Of a stretch of 64,000 nucleotides of DNA, positions 13,026-26,603 are shown one piece after another; positions within the stretch are counted from its first letter, which is position 1; each line of letters starts with the position of its first letter. Source of the stretch: Neoechinorhynchus agilis. Taxonomy: Eukaryota > Animalia > Acanthocephala. The notes below the pieces were generated by a model. That model was not told where the DNA came from and did not search any database. It saw only the letters and a list, made by a program, of their open reading frames with translations. Both the position numbers and the translations under genes were made by a program. The stretch spans positions 10,022,784 to 10,086,783 of the forward strand of contig CM121341.1 of assembly GCA_051530055.1 (NCBI GenBank), read 5' to 3'.

Positions 13026-13679
13026 AATCGTTTATTTGCAATAAACTTGTTTTCCTCAATTTATGACAAATTCACGCAAATCATATTTAAAAAATTACCA
13101 ATCAATGCAGAATTTTTAACCAAAGTTGGAAATTGGTTAGTCGCAACAACAAAGGACCCCACCGCATGCCGAATGTATCTTCGAGGCAATGGAGGATAAA
13201 GATGTTTTGACGTTCGAATCGGAACACCATGCATTCGAAATTGTAAAGTATAAAAACTCAGAAATTGACAAATTTTTTATTTAAACGACTATGGAGTAAA
13301 TTGTCGCTAAAGGCTAAACTAAACGCAATTTAAATGCTTTTACGTTTTTGCTTGTTTGGTGAAAAATTAACAGAATTTATTAAATCCGATATTTCGGCAC
13401 AATCTCGTACCTTTATCAAGGTGTGCGAACCGAATAAACGCAACTTCGAAGCGCTTAATGATGGCAATGCATTGAACAATAAGAGATGTGGCGGGCCGTC
13501 AGGGACTCTTATTGTCTACGCAACCCGGGTCCCTTCCCTAATTTGTCCTCCACTGAATTAAAACAGGTTCTAGATTCCATTAATCAGAACCTCTGCCCCG
13601 ACTCAATTTAAAATGAGTGCTCCACAACGGACACAACACAATCTTTAAGGCCGACATCTGAAGCTACGAAGTACTAAAA

Positions 13680-13900
13680 TATCCCATGAAATTACCTAAA
13701 AATTCGTTCTCTCAATCAAAACCCCAAACTGGGCTCTTCGCTGCATCATCCCCGAACTCATCGACCCTTTTATCCACATTATAAACCTCAGCTTTTTATA
13801 TGGCATCTACCCCTAGTGCCTGAAAACTATTGACTTTTAGCAGAAATTTCCTACTTCTCCAATCGTTTTTAGATCATTAAAAGAAGCATATACCTGCACC
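13680..13900 (+). mobile_element. Degenerate LINE (CR1/L2/Jockey-like) RT fragment
   Basis: Translates piecewise to 'IRSLNQNPKLG' and 'IIPELIDPFIHIINLSFLYGIYP', resembling the L..PL..IFN.SL..G.FP RT N-terminal motif. Confidence 0.45.
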
Positions 13901-13961
13901 AGCGCTCATCTAAGAAAAACTTAATTTTTGGATAAGAAACGGTAAACTCGAATACCCATAT

Positions 13962-15834
13962 TCAAACCTTACACTTGATTACACGACCGGTCGCTTTGTC
14001 TTTGAATTGATGTGAAACCTTTTTTCCGTTTTTGTCGTATCGTTCAAGGTACACACATTCGGCAAATGTCGAATTAAATGTTTGTTCGTATTTCAGATTA
14101 GTCCAAACTTCGTTGGTTCGAGGATAAAACCAACGTGGATACTTTCCATACTCATTCTCAATGTAGCTAAGTGGATCGCACGTAACCAGTAGTCGAATTC
14201 CAAGAAGATCGCAAGAACACAATTGCTTGATTGGAGTTATGGTTCGGCTAAAATCGGTGCAATTGTGGATAGGTCAGTAGACTTTACAAATGGATGCCTT
14301 ACACGAATCGATGATTTCCTGCTTGATAAATACAATGTAGCATATCGTCCGTACTGCTGTTCTTGTATAAAGCGAATAAATCAAACACATACTTTCCATT
14401 TGTCAAACGAATTTCTGAGCCTGGAATCGACGGCTAAAGCGATAAGATGAAATGCGGTAAGTTAACGTGAAATTTACTCACATGACCGTATCTTAGAGCT
14501 AATTTCATATCCCTTCCTCCCAAAAAAGCATTAGGTACCCTTTCGTTATATTCACTGTCAAATATTGCGAAATCAACATCTTTGGATTGCTCAATAATCC
14601 CGCACTGACGATACCAGCCTAGTAAGATATTTTCAAAAATTAAGCATTCCGTTTGCTTTACCTAGAAGAGTTCCTCCAGCAAGAAAAAAGTTTTTCCCCA
14701 AAGATTTCATTTGCTTCTTTATCGCGACTATTCCAGGTAAGATTTTTTCGTTCACTCTGTTAACGTTGTGTCGCTGGTCCGGATAAAGGTCGAACAACTT
14801 CTTTTGTAGAGTCTTGTTGCATTCTAGAAACTTGGATGTGTTGTAATCCCGAATAAACTGTTCAGTGTTTGCTGGAACATTCACTATTCCAAATATTGTT
14901 TTTACGGGTTTAAGTTTGAATCTATAAAGTTTGAGAAATATTAGACAAACTCGAGTTTTAGCGTGTGCACGACTCACATATCGACAGTTCGTGCAACATC
15001 TCCAAACCATCTTTTAGAAGAAAGATTCATATTGCAAACGTACAAATAATCTCCTTGCTTTTTGAAATTTAGAATATATACTCTTTTCTGACTATGAAAA
15101 GCGATTACACCTCCGAGATCTCTGTAGTTTGTACACTGAACTTCATTTAATGTCCATTCTTTTCTTCTTTTTAGATTCTAGGATAATAGGAAATGTTAAA
15201 TATAGAGTTTAAGTTGAGTTTTTTAATTTCAGACATAATCAGTTTTGAATTTTTATCCACCGTTAAAAGGCAGCAAAAAGGCAAGATTTCATAATTTTCC
15301 TAAAGATAACTCTTTCCTTCGACTTTTGCCGATGATTTTAAACAATCTCAGATGCATTCACTTTGCCAGTAGAAATTTAGTTGTCATTCACACTTTATAG
15401 CATTCGCATGCAACTGTTTACCGAACCTCATAAGTCGCTAATAGCGACTTTCCTCGATCAATATAGCCAAACGTCACCTCGTCCGACAAATTACGATTGA
15501 GATAATTAAGCCAGTCCAAATCAACCAAGAATATGTCGCATTCATTTTTTTGAATAACTCCTTGAAGCAGCGCTTTGAATTCGTTGGAATATACTCTAGT
15601 TCTCTAATCGCAAAAAAAATGCTTAAAGCTTTTAGAAATACTTACCGCCTGCTTGCGACCACAATTCCTCGACCTAAATATGTATGCCAATACAAATATC
15701 GAAATGAAAAAAGCTGAAATTCTTTGCTTTAATGTGTATCGGCGATAGAGTCCTGAGTAATCCCGTGAAAATAATGACATTCGGCGTGACATTTGTTGTG
15801 CTTTTGCAAAGGTCGTCTTGCGAACCCAATCCAT
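13962..15834 (-). CDS. FKTN: Fukutin-like LicD-family phosphotransferase, copy B (multi-exon)
   Basis: Signal anchor 'RISAFFISIFVLAYIF'; 'GGTLLG|WYRQCGIIEQSKDVDFA' across a 43-nt GT-AG intron 14619-14661; C-terminal 'VTCDPLSYIENEYG'. Confidence 0.82.
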
Positions 15835-17972
15835 ACGAATTCCTTGAATTTATTGTCTGCTGCCGTAACGTAGTGAATGGAAATATTTATCTTTGCTATG
15901 TGTCGCCATAGACACAGAAGTTGGAATGTGCGATGCGATATGATTGCGAGGTAGTGGCATATATATATGATTTCCTTTGTGTAGAGTTACTAGAATAAAT
16001 CGTGTTTTTTAAGTGGCTGAATCATGTAATGGCAACAGTGTAAATATTTTATTGGTCTATCAAGATCAACGACATTCTTTGACCTTTGAAACACGTTTGC
16101 ATTGGTTATTCTTCTTTCAAAATCAAACAGTTAAAATATCTTGGATAGACGTCTTTAGAATTTTATTACACGAATCGCTCATAGGTCAACAACGAACGAT
16201 ATTAAAAATAATCGCGAATCGAAAAACTTTTTTTTTGAATTATTGTGCTGCTGCATATTTATTAAAAATTATGTTTTTAAATCTTTATGTGCAATATGCA
16301 AATTTTGTCGAATTTTACAATCTCAAAAGTGTCAGTTTGACAACGGAGATAATGAGAAATAGTTAAATGTCATGTATTGTCATTATTAACTTTAAAATGC
16401 AAATTGCTGTATGATTCATTTATTTGATAATAGTGGAACAATATTTATTGCTTTACGTTCTTTTTCCAGCGATTTAATCATTATTTATTTTCATTCACCC
16501 TTTCACCGACTGCTATTGGCTAAAAACTTTTTAAACCCAATGTTCTTAATACACCTCTTGGATTATATTAACTTATACTCACAGCCAGAAAAAACCTTAA
16601 ATATTTTCCTGCTTAAGCAATATTCTGCGATTTCGTGAATATCGTATAAATTATAATTTTGGTGAAAATACTCCCGGTAATAGCATATTTGATTTATTGG
16701 AGATATTTCGCGAGGTACCCTCACCTCATCAGTCATTGCTTGTACGTTTTTTTCACCAAAATTATACTTCGACCAACCCAAAGGATTTTCTATCCACGAT
16801 ATCGTATAAATCATTCGCATTTTGGTCGCTGTGAGTGAATTAGAAATGCGCCAACGTTTGTCTCCTGTCTGGGGTATAAACTACTCATTTGAGATTTATA
16901 AATTGTTTAGGATGCTTAAATAAGAATTGAGATCCATGTGACAACTCCGTTTTGTATGTAATTTACTAACTTTGCTTTCTACTCTCCTACAACCAAACAT
17001 TAATGTTTCCCGTTGGCATTACTCTTGATTAAAGATATATCACTTCGCAAAACCAGAAAGTGCTTATTCTCTGTACTTGAAAGCGTAAATGTGTATTTTG
17101 TCTTCGATTCCCGAAATCCTTGTTAAATTGTTGTTAGAAATTTTCATTCAAATTATTTTGCTCATAGTCGTCAGATAATTTTTATACATTGTCCTTAAAA
17201 CAAAAATTCGCCGACTTTTAATTCTAGGTATAAGAAATCGAAAATATCCTAAGGTCTAGGATTCTTGACCATTTTCCAATGAAGAACATCCGGTCTGTTA
17301 TTATTTGCCGATTATTTACGGATACCCCAGGAAATCACGTTCATTTTTATTTCCGATCGGCTGCACAACTTCAGTGTTTGTTTCAATATGCCAAAAATGC
17401 AAAATCGCATTACTTTGCTTCATATTCGTTTTTAAAAGAAAAAAGATTCAGTTTTAAATACTGGTCCAAGAAATATAGATAGAATTTTTTGTGTTTCCGG
17501 ATTTAAAAAATCTTATTGCCCTACTTTCTAGTCCTACTTGAAATTAGTCGGAAATGTAATAAAAAAAGCAAAGTTATTCTCAATCTCTTTTGTTATAAAC
17601 TAGTCAATTTATAACAGTCTCCCTCTCTCCAGAATTAAATCAATGTATTCGCTGCGCAGTGAAAACTATTGGTTTCAAAGCGATTTCCGGATGTTGTCGG
17701 CGCATTTGTGCTTCAGCGATATTTCCGTCGGATATAAACAAAGACAAAATAATAGAAAATGGCATTTACAGTCAAACCTATAAACAGAGAATGCGTATTA
17801 AATCTTCTAGCGATTCACTGAAACGTTTCGACGATTGACGACAAGTTAAAAGCGATTAGGAAATCTAATTGGAATTATATAAGCAAAGTTCATTACATGT
17901 TTGCATGTGTCTTTTAGACCATTTCTATATTGTAATTGTGATTATATTGTGGTGGTATCCAAATAGGAACAT

Positions 17973-18109
17973 GGAAGCGATCTGCAAGCCTCCTGTGTGA
18001 GCCAGCAGACTCCCTGTTTTGCATACAAATTTGACTATGAGGCCCGCCCTTCCTGTACTTTAGGTTTCAAACCTTCAAACGGAATTTCCTTGGATCCGTG
18101 CTTTTTTTT
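17973..18109 (+). ncRNA. Candidate Pol III-type structured small RNA (possibly 7SK-like); unverified
   Basis: GC-richer intergenic island starting GGAAGCGATCTG, with several hairpins, a terminal ACGGA...TCCGT stem and T8 at 18102-18109. Confidence 0.25.
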
Positions 18110-18682
18110 GGGTGCATGGCACACCGTTCTAAACGAGCAAATAACTACATTCTAGAGACCCCTTTAACCAGTGTATAGCAGAATAAAGAGAGAGTTATAG
18201 TGGCACACATACGAGGATTTATTACCGTTTTGCGTTACCATAGTTGTATATTTATTCTCGTTGATGTAAGTGTTGATTGAAAATTTTGGCAGAAATAAAT
18301 CCTTTTCGTCTTTTAAACACTGCTCTCATGAACAGCCTATCAATTGGCTTAAAATTCGAGAATTCCCTCAGCGCCGCTTCTGTTTAGCCTATAAAGTCGA
18401 CTTTCCCGTATAATTGGATTTAAACGACTGTTGATGTATAAGTTGGCCGCTTTTGTTTAGTCAATGGAAGTCAAAAAAAAATTTCTAATCAAGTACGTCT
18501 CGTTTTTGATCATTTTCCTCTCACACATATCGTACTTTCGAAAATCAATTGGGAGTTCCTAGTGAGAGAAAGAGAGAGTAAGAGACTGTAAATTAACTTA
18601 TCAAGTTTAGATCCTTTCAAAACTCCCATGCACGTGCACTAGATGGAACGACGAAGACTGTAGTTTAGAAAAATCCAGGAAA

Positions 18683-20636
18683 ATGCATTATTGGAACTAC
18701 TCATGCTGCTTGATCAACGAAGATCCATCGTGTGAAACAGGTACACTTCCAATCGAAGCTCAAAGTACTCAGGACTTGTGTAAGTCTCTTTCTAAATATG
18801 ATACAGGACATCGTGGAGAATTCTGGATCATATCGCTCGCGATTTTCATCATTGGGATCATTTCTAATCTCCTTTGCATTATCATATTCGTGCGTGGACG
18901 AGTATGCTCTAATCCATCTATGAAGATGTTTAAAGTGCTCTCAGTGTTCAATGTTATCGCTCTACTCATGAATGTATTCAGTGCTTATGTCAGGGCTTCT
19001 GTACGAAGTCTTTACTCTTCTAAAATCTATTGTGGAATGTTCGGACTACTCTTTCTGTACTCCAGACAATTATCCTCTTGCACAATCGCTCTATTCAAGA
19101 ATGTTCGAGAGGAGGAGGCTGTTATTTATTTTTTAAGTAGAGTTTAGAAAGTCTTTTAGTTTCGTTTTCAATGAATTTAGAGCTAAGTAGTATGTGAAAT
19201 TATCTATGCAGGGTTAATGTTATTAATTCCATTTGGATCTTGTTTTCATTAAAGTAATTGAATTTTCGCCAAATACATTTAGAGTAGGTTCAATCGAGTG
19301 CGAAATTACTTAAAAAAATCTCGATATAAGATCTAATTTTTAGATGTGCTGGAACAAGTAAGTTCATGATAAATCGAATTAATATGGCATTTTACTCTTC
19401 AACGGATTTAAGGAGGCTTATGAAAGTACACTGACGAATATATGTCCTTTTCGGAAAGAGATAACTCATTTAACCAAATATGGATTAACCTTCTTCACCA
19501 AGACTTTTTCTTAGCCGAAATATATCCACAATCCTAGTTGGTTCACTTGAAATTGTAGTTTTAGTGTCGAACAAACGGCTAGCTTTATTCTACCTAACGG
19601 TTTATTATCTACGAATAAAAATATCAATTTAATGAAATTCCTCTTTTCAGCGTTAATATGGCTCACAAATGCCAACTTCTCCATATTTTTAACATATACA
19701 TTAAATGTCTACGGTCGATTTTCTTTAAATTTAATGACAAAATATTCTATAAAAATACGAACCAAATTGTTCAATGATTTAGGTTAGGAATTGTAAAAAT
19801 TTATTCGCGCTAGATTACCTTTATCGCTTTGTTAGACATAATACTTTTCTTAAAATGAATGTATTCACCTATAAATTCACTCGGATAATCCTGACTTAAT
19901 CTCAGTCGAGTACATGATCGTGGTCAAGTATCCCTTCAACAAAAATTACGTTCAAAAGTATCGAATGCTAACGCTGATAATAGTGATGATTTTGCTAGCA
20001 GTTCCAGTTCCGATGGATTTCATCTTTTACGTTGGTGCTAAAGACGATCGCCTTCATTGTCAAGTAAATCCAAACGTCCACAACGCCTACATCTACGAAG
20101 TATTTCGCTCAGTCTTAACGCTAATGGCCTACGTCGTTATCCCATTCATCATAATGTTCATTTGTAGCATTATCAACATCATAGAGATTCGCAAGGCGGG
20201 ATCTGAGTTCAAAAGGTACAGTTCTGGACGTCGTAGTACAACCTACATCTCAAACCAAGGAGTTTTAATGATGCTTTTCGTTTCATTTGCCTTTTTTGTT
20301 TGTGTTATGCCATATTATACATTCTGGTTTTGGACAATGATTTTCAATTATCCCACTTATTGCCGATACACTCAGAATCTTTATGAAAACGTTCAAAAGT
20401 GCATGGGCGCTAGCCACCCTGTGTTGACCCATATATTCCGAACGATGCGAGACCTCAACCATACAGTCAATTTCCCGCTCTATTGTCTTTCAAGCAACTC
20501 GTTTCGAAGTGAGTCCTTGTATTACTTTGTTTATTATCCCTACCAGCGAATCCATGCGAAGTTCAGTTCATGTTCCCGCTGTATACCTCTAAATTCGGTT
20601 AATCCAAACGATGACATTTCACAAGGCGAAAAGTAA
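18683..20636 (+). CDS. Rhodopsin-family (class A) GPCR, peptide-receptor-like; two main coding blocks
   Basis: TM1 'IIGIISNLLCIIIF' (GN-like), TM2-3 in 18683-19100; second block 'VEYMIVVKYP' (DRY-equivalent), TM5-6 and 'HTVNFPLYCLSSNSFR' (NPxxY/helix 8). The exact exon junction is unresolved. Confidence 0.85.
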
Positions 20637-20778
20637 TTCATCTTCACTGGGAAATATTGTTGTGTTTGTAAATAAAATCATGTTGTTTAAGTCAAAATAT
20701 TTGAACAGCGTCCAACTGTGGTATACTCACTAATGTTTAAAGAATCACCTGCTGGGTATATGGCACACACACATATAT

Positions 20779-23581
20779 ATGATTTTGAAGCATTCACCAT
20801 TAAAAAAAACTCAAATGAATACGTTCAGTGAATTGTTCAAACAAAAAACATGGATCGAACCGCTCGTCTTTACAGCAATATTTGGACAAATCGCTTCAAG
20901 CTTCTTCATGCAAGCAATTCTTGTGAGAGTTGCTTGTGTCGATTCACTCTCAAATCATTACCAAATCAAAAACATGAAAGTAACCTAATGGATTTCAGTT
21001 GCCCTCCACGAATTTTTTAAATTTATAGACCATCGAAGCATTGGTAATTTGGTGATCGTGTTATCGGGCACAATTCAGCTCCGTTATCTTTTCAACGAGT
21101 TTTAAAAATTACTTAGGGGTTCCTCGGCATAATTAAGGAGCTATTTTTAAGTTCGTTTGACCAATCATATTTCGCCTATAAAAATGCTTAATATACTTCG
21201 TTAAACATGCCTATCTACAATAAAAATCTATGAGTTCGTCATGGTTTTTGCAAAGATTATTATAAAAAAAATTTGGATCGCCTGTTCACACCAATTTATG
21301 CGTAATTGCATAAAATTAAAGGTTTATTTGAGATTTGATAAAGCATGCAAAAATCACAACTAAATATTTCTTAAATTAAAACATTACCGTTTAAGTTATT
21401 CATGAGTGAAATAAAGACTTTTGAGATTAACAAAGCTAAATATTGTTTTTACAGACTTCGCTCTTAGGCTCCATAAAGGCAATCCGAGATGCAAGATATC
21501 TCCTAGCAACGCTACTCTTCTGATTAAAATTATGAAGTGCGTCGAAATTTAATGTATAAAACACCGGTTTTCTCTCTTAAATATCTATATTTCTTCGAGT
21601 TATATTAATATGTTTATTATATATATATTGAGACTTTAGCTATATATCGCCTTCCTATTGGATTGTTTTGTCAAAACACTGAAATTCACGGGTCTAAGCG
21701 ATACTAACTTCTCAGTGGGGAATACTCTGATGAACATGTGGTCTTGGTGCTCAATGCCAACGACAGATAATAACTTAACATCGATTGTTGAGGATGGTGC
21801 AGCCAAAATGAGTGCCAAGGTTCATATAATAACAGTTGTTGTCTCGCTCTTTGCTGTAAATCTGTACTCGATTAGTGCCCATTGGCTTGGTTTTAAGAAA
21901 TGCCTTTTAATTGCCTTGATCGGAAATACGCTGGTCGATGGATGTCGTATATTTATGGTCTTCGCTTTAAAGAACGAATATATTATTAGTCTCATTTATG
22001 CGATATACTTCATGCAAGCTGCAGCTGGAGGATTGCTTGTAATAAATCATAATTCTAATAGTTATTTGGCCACAATCTGCCAATTGAATGGTGCAACGGA
22101 TACCGTGAGAACTATTCGATTCGGGATACTGGAGAGTTGCGTGTTTGTTGGAATGATTTGTGGGCAATTGTTCGTTAGTTTTGCTCTGGACAAAATCAGA
22201 CTCGTTTATATAATGACTGTAGCATTCGGAGCAACGCTTTTCTCCACTTTTTATGCATTATTATTTCTTATGGACGAAAAGAAAGTCAATGGATTTTATG
22301 AACCGTCTAAAGGAAACAAAGAAATGAAAAAGTCATTTAATGTTAAATCGTTCGTCAAACATATTTTACTGGCGGCGGGTTTTGGTAAAGATGCTGATGA
22401 CAATTCGAAAAGACGAAGGACATATATCGTATTATATTTTTCAATATTACTTTTAGTTGCTCTGTTCAGCACAGGTAAGCCGTAAATATGGTTATATTTT
22501 CTTTCAAAATTATGATCCCAAATTGATTACACTTTTTTCGACAGAAAACATATTTTGATTCGTTATTGCAGATTTTCGGGACTGCACAGTCGACAAAAGT
22601 TTACTTACGTTTAACTATTAATTAGGAAAATAAACGGGAATTATAGTCGTCTAGTTCAGAAACTGGAATTTCGATCCTCACAGACTTGATATGCGTTATA
22701 GCACCCGCTTTTCTTTTTAATTTTTCTACCAAATAGCTCTGCAATTAGTTAAAAAAATGAATGCCGTTTGTGTAGCTTTAAAAGCTGACTTCTCATTTAA
22801 GAGATTATATTTTTAATGAACATTTAAATCAGAAATATTCTCCTCAAATGTCCGCGCGGTCTTTTAAACATAAATGACACTTGTAAAGATGGAGAAGATG
22901 ATCATTTTCATGATGTCGAATGCAATTGTTGTTTATTTACGCTTACTGGAAAATTTTAATCGATAAGAGTTTTTCCTTTACTGAAAGGTTTTTATTTTAG
23001 TTCAACAAAGTTGCCTTTATATATTCCTTCGAACTGGCACACTTCAACTATCAGACAAGGAATATGGAATGTTCACCGCAATCCACCTATCATTGAGTGC
23101 AATTGGATTACTTGTCATTCTACCATTTCTTAAGAAAGTTATTAATTTAAGCGATCATGTTCTTGTGTTAATAAGCGCATTTGCGGAGACTTCTAACCTT
23201 TTAATCATCAGTTTGGCCAGGGATCAAAAGGTCCTATACGCATGTAAGTCACTATGATCCAATCGGAGAATAAAATTATCCAATTCTCACATCGCAGCAT
23301 GGGGAGGCGCAGCATTCGCTCCTTACCATATGCCAGCCATAAAATGCCTACTAACAATGCTCGTCGATAAATCTGAAATCAGTGAGTATAAATATTTATA
23401 TCGAGACTATAATCAATCTTTAGTTACACTGTTCAGTTGTTTCACATTCATTGTGGGAATTGCAAACTTTGCAGGAGTCTTTATATTCCAAACAATTTAC
23501 TTGTCAACCATTCAAACGTTTCCGGGTCTTGTGTTGATGATTGGAGCAGGCCTTGCTTTCCTTATTGTTCCACTCATGTAA
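20779..23581 (+). CDS. MFS transporter, SLC46 (PCFT/HCP1)-like, about 5 exons
   Basis: 'WIEPLVFTAIFG' N-terminus, 'RTIRFGILESCVFVGMICG' and multiple TM helices; canonical introns (donors 22475, 23244; acceptors ~21640, ~23000). The start may be the ATG at 20815. Confidence 0.8.
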
Positions 23582-24598
23582 AAATGAAAAACAACAACAT
23601 TTTGTTATTTACTGCGGCGTTTTTAGTTTAACGGCAATGTATCTAAAAAGAAAAGATGATCGACTCTCTCAAAGGATGATTGATTCTTTTCCGCTTGATA
23701 ATATTCAAGGAGCAGTGGAGCGACGAGAAATTAACAATAAAAAGAACTAATTAGTGATGACAGTATTTTAAAAGCCAATAATTTGATGCAGCTTAATTTG
23801 GAATATCAAGTTCGTTGTGCTGTGGGATAAATTAAAGGATCTTGCTTCGATCGGGTATCAGTCATGTCCATATTCGATTTCATCGCTGAAATCGCACTGC
23901 GCTGCATTATTAGTCTGATAACTCCGAAACGTTTCATGCTGTTTGAGACAGTTAGATATATGACTTGCCTTTGAAGAGGTACCGCTAGACTATCCGAGAG
24001 TTTTATTTCGATTTTACCCACAAGTTCGTTAAATCGCATTGAATTTGCTTCAAAGATGCATTAGCAATGATTTAAATGTTTTTTAATAATATACTAACAC
24101 AAGTAAAGCAGCGATCATGTCAACAGATTCTCTTTTAAGTACACGAAAAGGTCAGAATTACTTACAATTGTCGCATTTAAACCTCTTCCGACGTTTATCT
24201 TCAATAACTACTTTATCACAAAAGGAGCTTTGGTCTATCAAGAGCTAGATGCTACCAGACTCGAGAATTGTGCTACGCGTTTAACTTTTAAAGGGAAATC
24301 TTTGTCTTTTAAGTGTAAGTCTTCAATTTAAATAGCTTCGATATTTAACCAGAATGGTCATACGGTGTCCGCGTTTAATATACAATGGATAAAATTAATT
24401 CGTGAATCTAAGATTTTCGGAATTTCTACTAGTGAAAAATTGAAAATAGGGTAAAACGTTATCAAGGAAGCAACAAAAAATCGCAACTTTCTCGGTTCTC
24501 CACTACTCATTGTTATTTTAACACCTTTATCCTTACCAAATGATTAGAACATAGTCCATGGACTAACGATGCTCTTTATTATAGACTTTGAATTAAAA

Positions 24599-25230
24599 TT
24601 GCAGTGATCTTGTCTTAAACAGGAACATTTAGAACAAGTTAACTTTAATGACTAGATATTTGTAGAAATTAAAGGTTCAATTTCATTGCCTAAGTAGCTG
24701 GCGAATAATGAAGATTAAAATTTGATTAAAAAGTTCTCAAATTTATTGGAAGCCCGTTGCAGTGATCTTGTCTTAAACAGGAACATTTAGAACAAGTTAA
24801 CTTTAATGACTAGATATTTGTAGAAATTAAAGGTTCAATTTCATTGCCTAAGTAGCTGGCGAATAATGAAGATTAAAATTTGATTAAAAAGTTCTCAAAA
24901 TTATTGGAAGCCCGTTGCATTGATCTTGTCTTAAACAGGAACATTTAGAACAAGTTAACTTTAATGACTAGATATTTGTAGAAATTAAAGGTTCAATTTC
25001 ATTGCCTAAGTAGCTGGCGAATAATGAAGATTAAAATTTGATTAAAAAGTTCTCAAAATTATTGGAAGCCCGTTGCATTGATCTTGTCTTAAACAGGAAC
25101 ATTTAGAACAAGTTAACTTTAATGACTAGATATTTGTAGAAATTAAAGGTTCAATTTCATTGCCTAAGTAGCTGGCGAATAATGAAGATTAAAATTTGAT
25201 TAAAAAGTTCTCAAATTTATTGGAAGTCCG
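24599..25230. repeat. Tandem repeat, 158-bp monomer, 4 copies
   Basis: TTGCA(G/T)TGATCTTGTCTTAAACAGG at 24599, 24757, 24915 and 25073. Confidence 0.97.
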
Positions 25231-26164
25231 CGATTAGAAAATGCGGCAATTAGTATTGTTCAACTAGTGAAGCGGAATGATTTCGTAAATGCAAGCGGAG
25301 AAATGCTTATTGTAACTTAGTGCTAAGAATCCTTGAAGGAGAACGATTTTTTACGGGTACTTAAAAATTAACAAGATCGGCATTGTTACAAAACATTTGC
25401 TAAGGTTGCAATTATCGTCTCTAGAGAGAGAGGAGTATAATTTCCCACTCTATTCCCTCAAAAAATTCAAGAACAGCTCCCATTGACACTTCTAAACTAC
25501 GAAATGAGCTTTTAATTCAATCGAAACACAACCAGTATAATACATTTTTCGAAGCCGTGTTCTTGATTGAAAATTAGGTCGAATGCTGTCAGTTAATTTC
25601 CATTTTTATTTTGGCCCCTTTTATTTAGGAGTGTAAAATTCATAAGTGTGTTTGAGATGATCGTCGAAGTATGAAAAACCTATTGGTATTCAGACAATTT
25701 TTCATTTCTAGTCATTAACGGCGTACCAATCCCTCATTGGCCATCCATTCGCTTTTGTGGTGGACTTTTTCTCTTAAAGTAGGACAAGTGTCAGGAGTCG
25801 CCGAAATATATTTGGATTCGATGAAATGAGAAATGTCTTAAACATAGGAGGAGCTTCTTAATGTTTTGACGAAACGAAATTAAAATCATATGTCTGTTTG
25901 GGCTGCTTCCCGTACCAAGCAGCAAAATCGGATTCTCTTAGGCTTCTGATAGAGTTGCACAATGAAAACAGAATCAAGTGTGTGTGAGATGAGATTTGTA
26001 AGTGTTGGTATTCTTTGACGAATCATGCAAGCTTTGCCGTTTCAAATGCAATCCTAATAGTCTTTATTGACCATGTCTAAGTCATTTAAGGTGATCATGG
26101 CAAAAACTTTTGCCAACAAAAACGCTCGATTTAATCGATTGTCGGTCATCAGACGTGTAATTGA

Positions 26165-26603
26165 GTGTCCAGTTGTCCTATCCTCCATCTCCGACGACGA
26201 CTAGTACACCCAAAAGTGCAAATTATACTTCACAATCAGAACTGGGAGCTTTCTGTCATAAATGGAGACCATTTAACACTTTACAATTTATTTGGACAAA
26301 CGCCTGTCTACTATGCCAACTTCTCGTTTCTGTTATCACACGACCAAGATCAGGTGTCCGCTTGTGGCTACCATGTCGATAGATCCAGTGGAGGTGCTGT
26401 TTGTTCTTGGTAGTGTTCTTGCCAAGTCATTTCGTCGGATATCAGTGGAATTCAATCGACCATCGACAACTATTTATTGCAATCCTTCTTCTTTATATAC
26501 GCGTACAAAGTTCCTTTTCCGTCCACCAATTTCGATTCCTTCTCTCCTCAAGACTCAGCTCGCACAAATGGTACTCTACACTTCAACACCAAAGATGTAT
26601 TAG
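26165..26603 (+). CDS. Hypothetical protein exon(s), unassigned
   Basis: Coding-like frame with a possible 36-nt GT-AG intron (~26410-26445) that removes an in-frame TAG. No family recognised. Confidence 0.3.

Noticed and set aside
16013-16820. Short ORFs on both strands between fukutin B and the GPCR
   Set aside because: No motif or splice structure I could support; left unannotated.
18195-18215. GTGGCACAC resembling U11 snRNA
   Set aside because: Only a 9-mer matches; no U11 5' end, stem-loops or Sm site.
24100-24560. Possible CR1/L2 relic
   Set aside because: The peptide resemblance is too fragmentary to support.
26405-26450. In-frame TAG suggesting stop-codon reassignment
   Set aside because: It can be removed by a ~36-nt GT-AG intron, and other genes here end normally in TAA, TAG or TGA.
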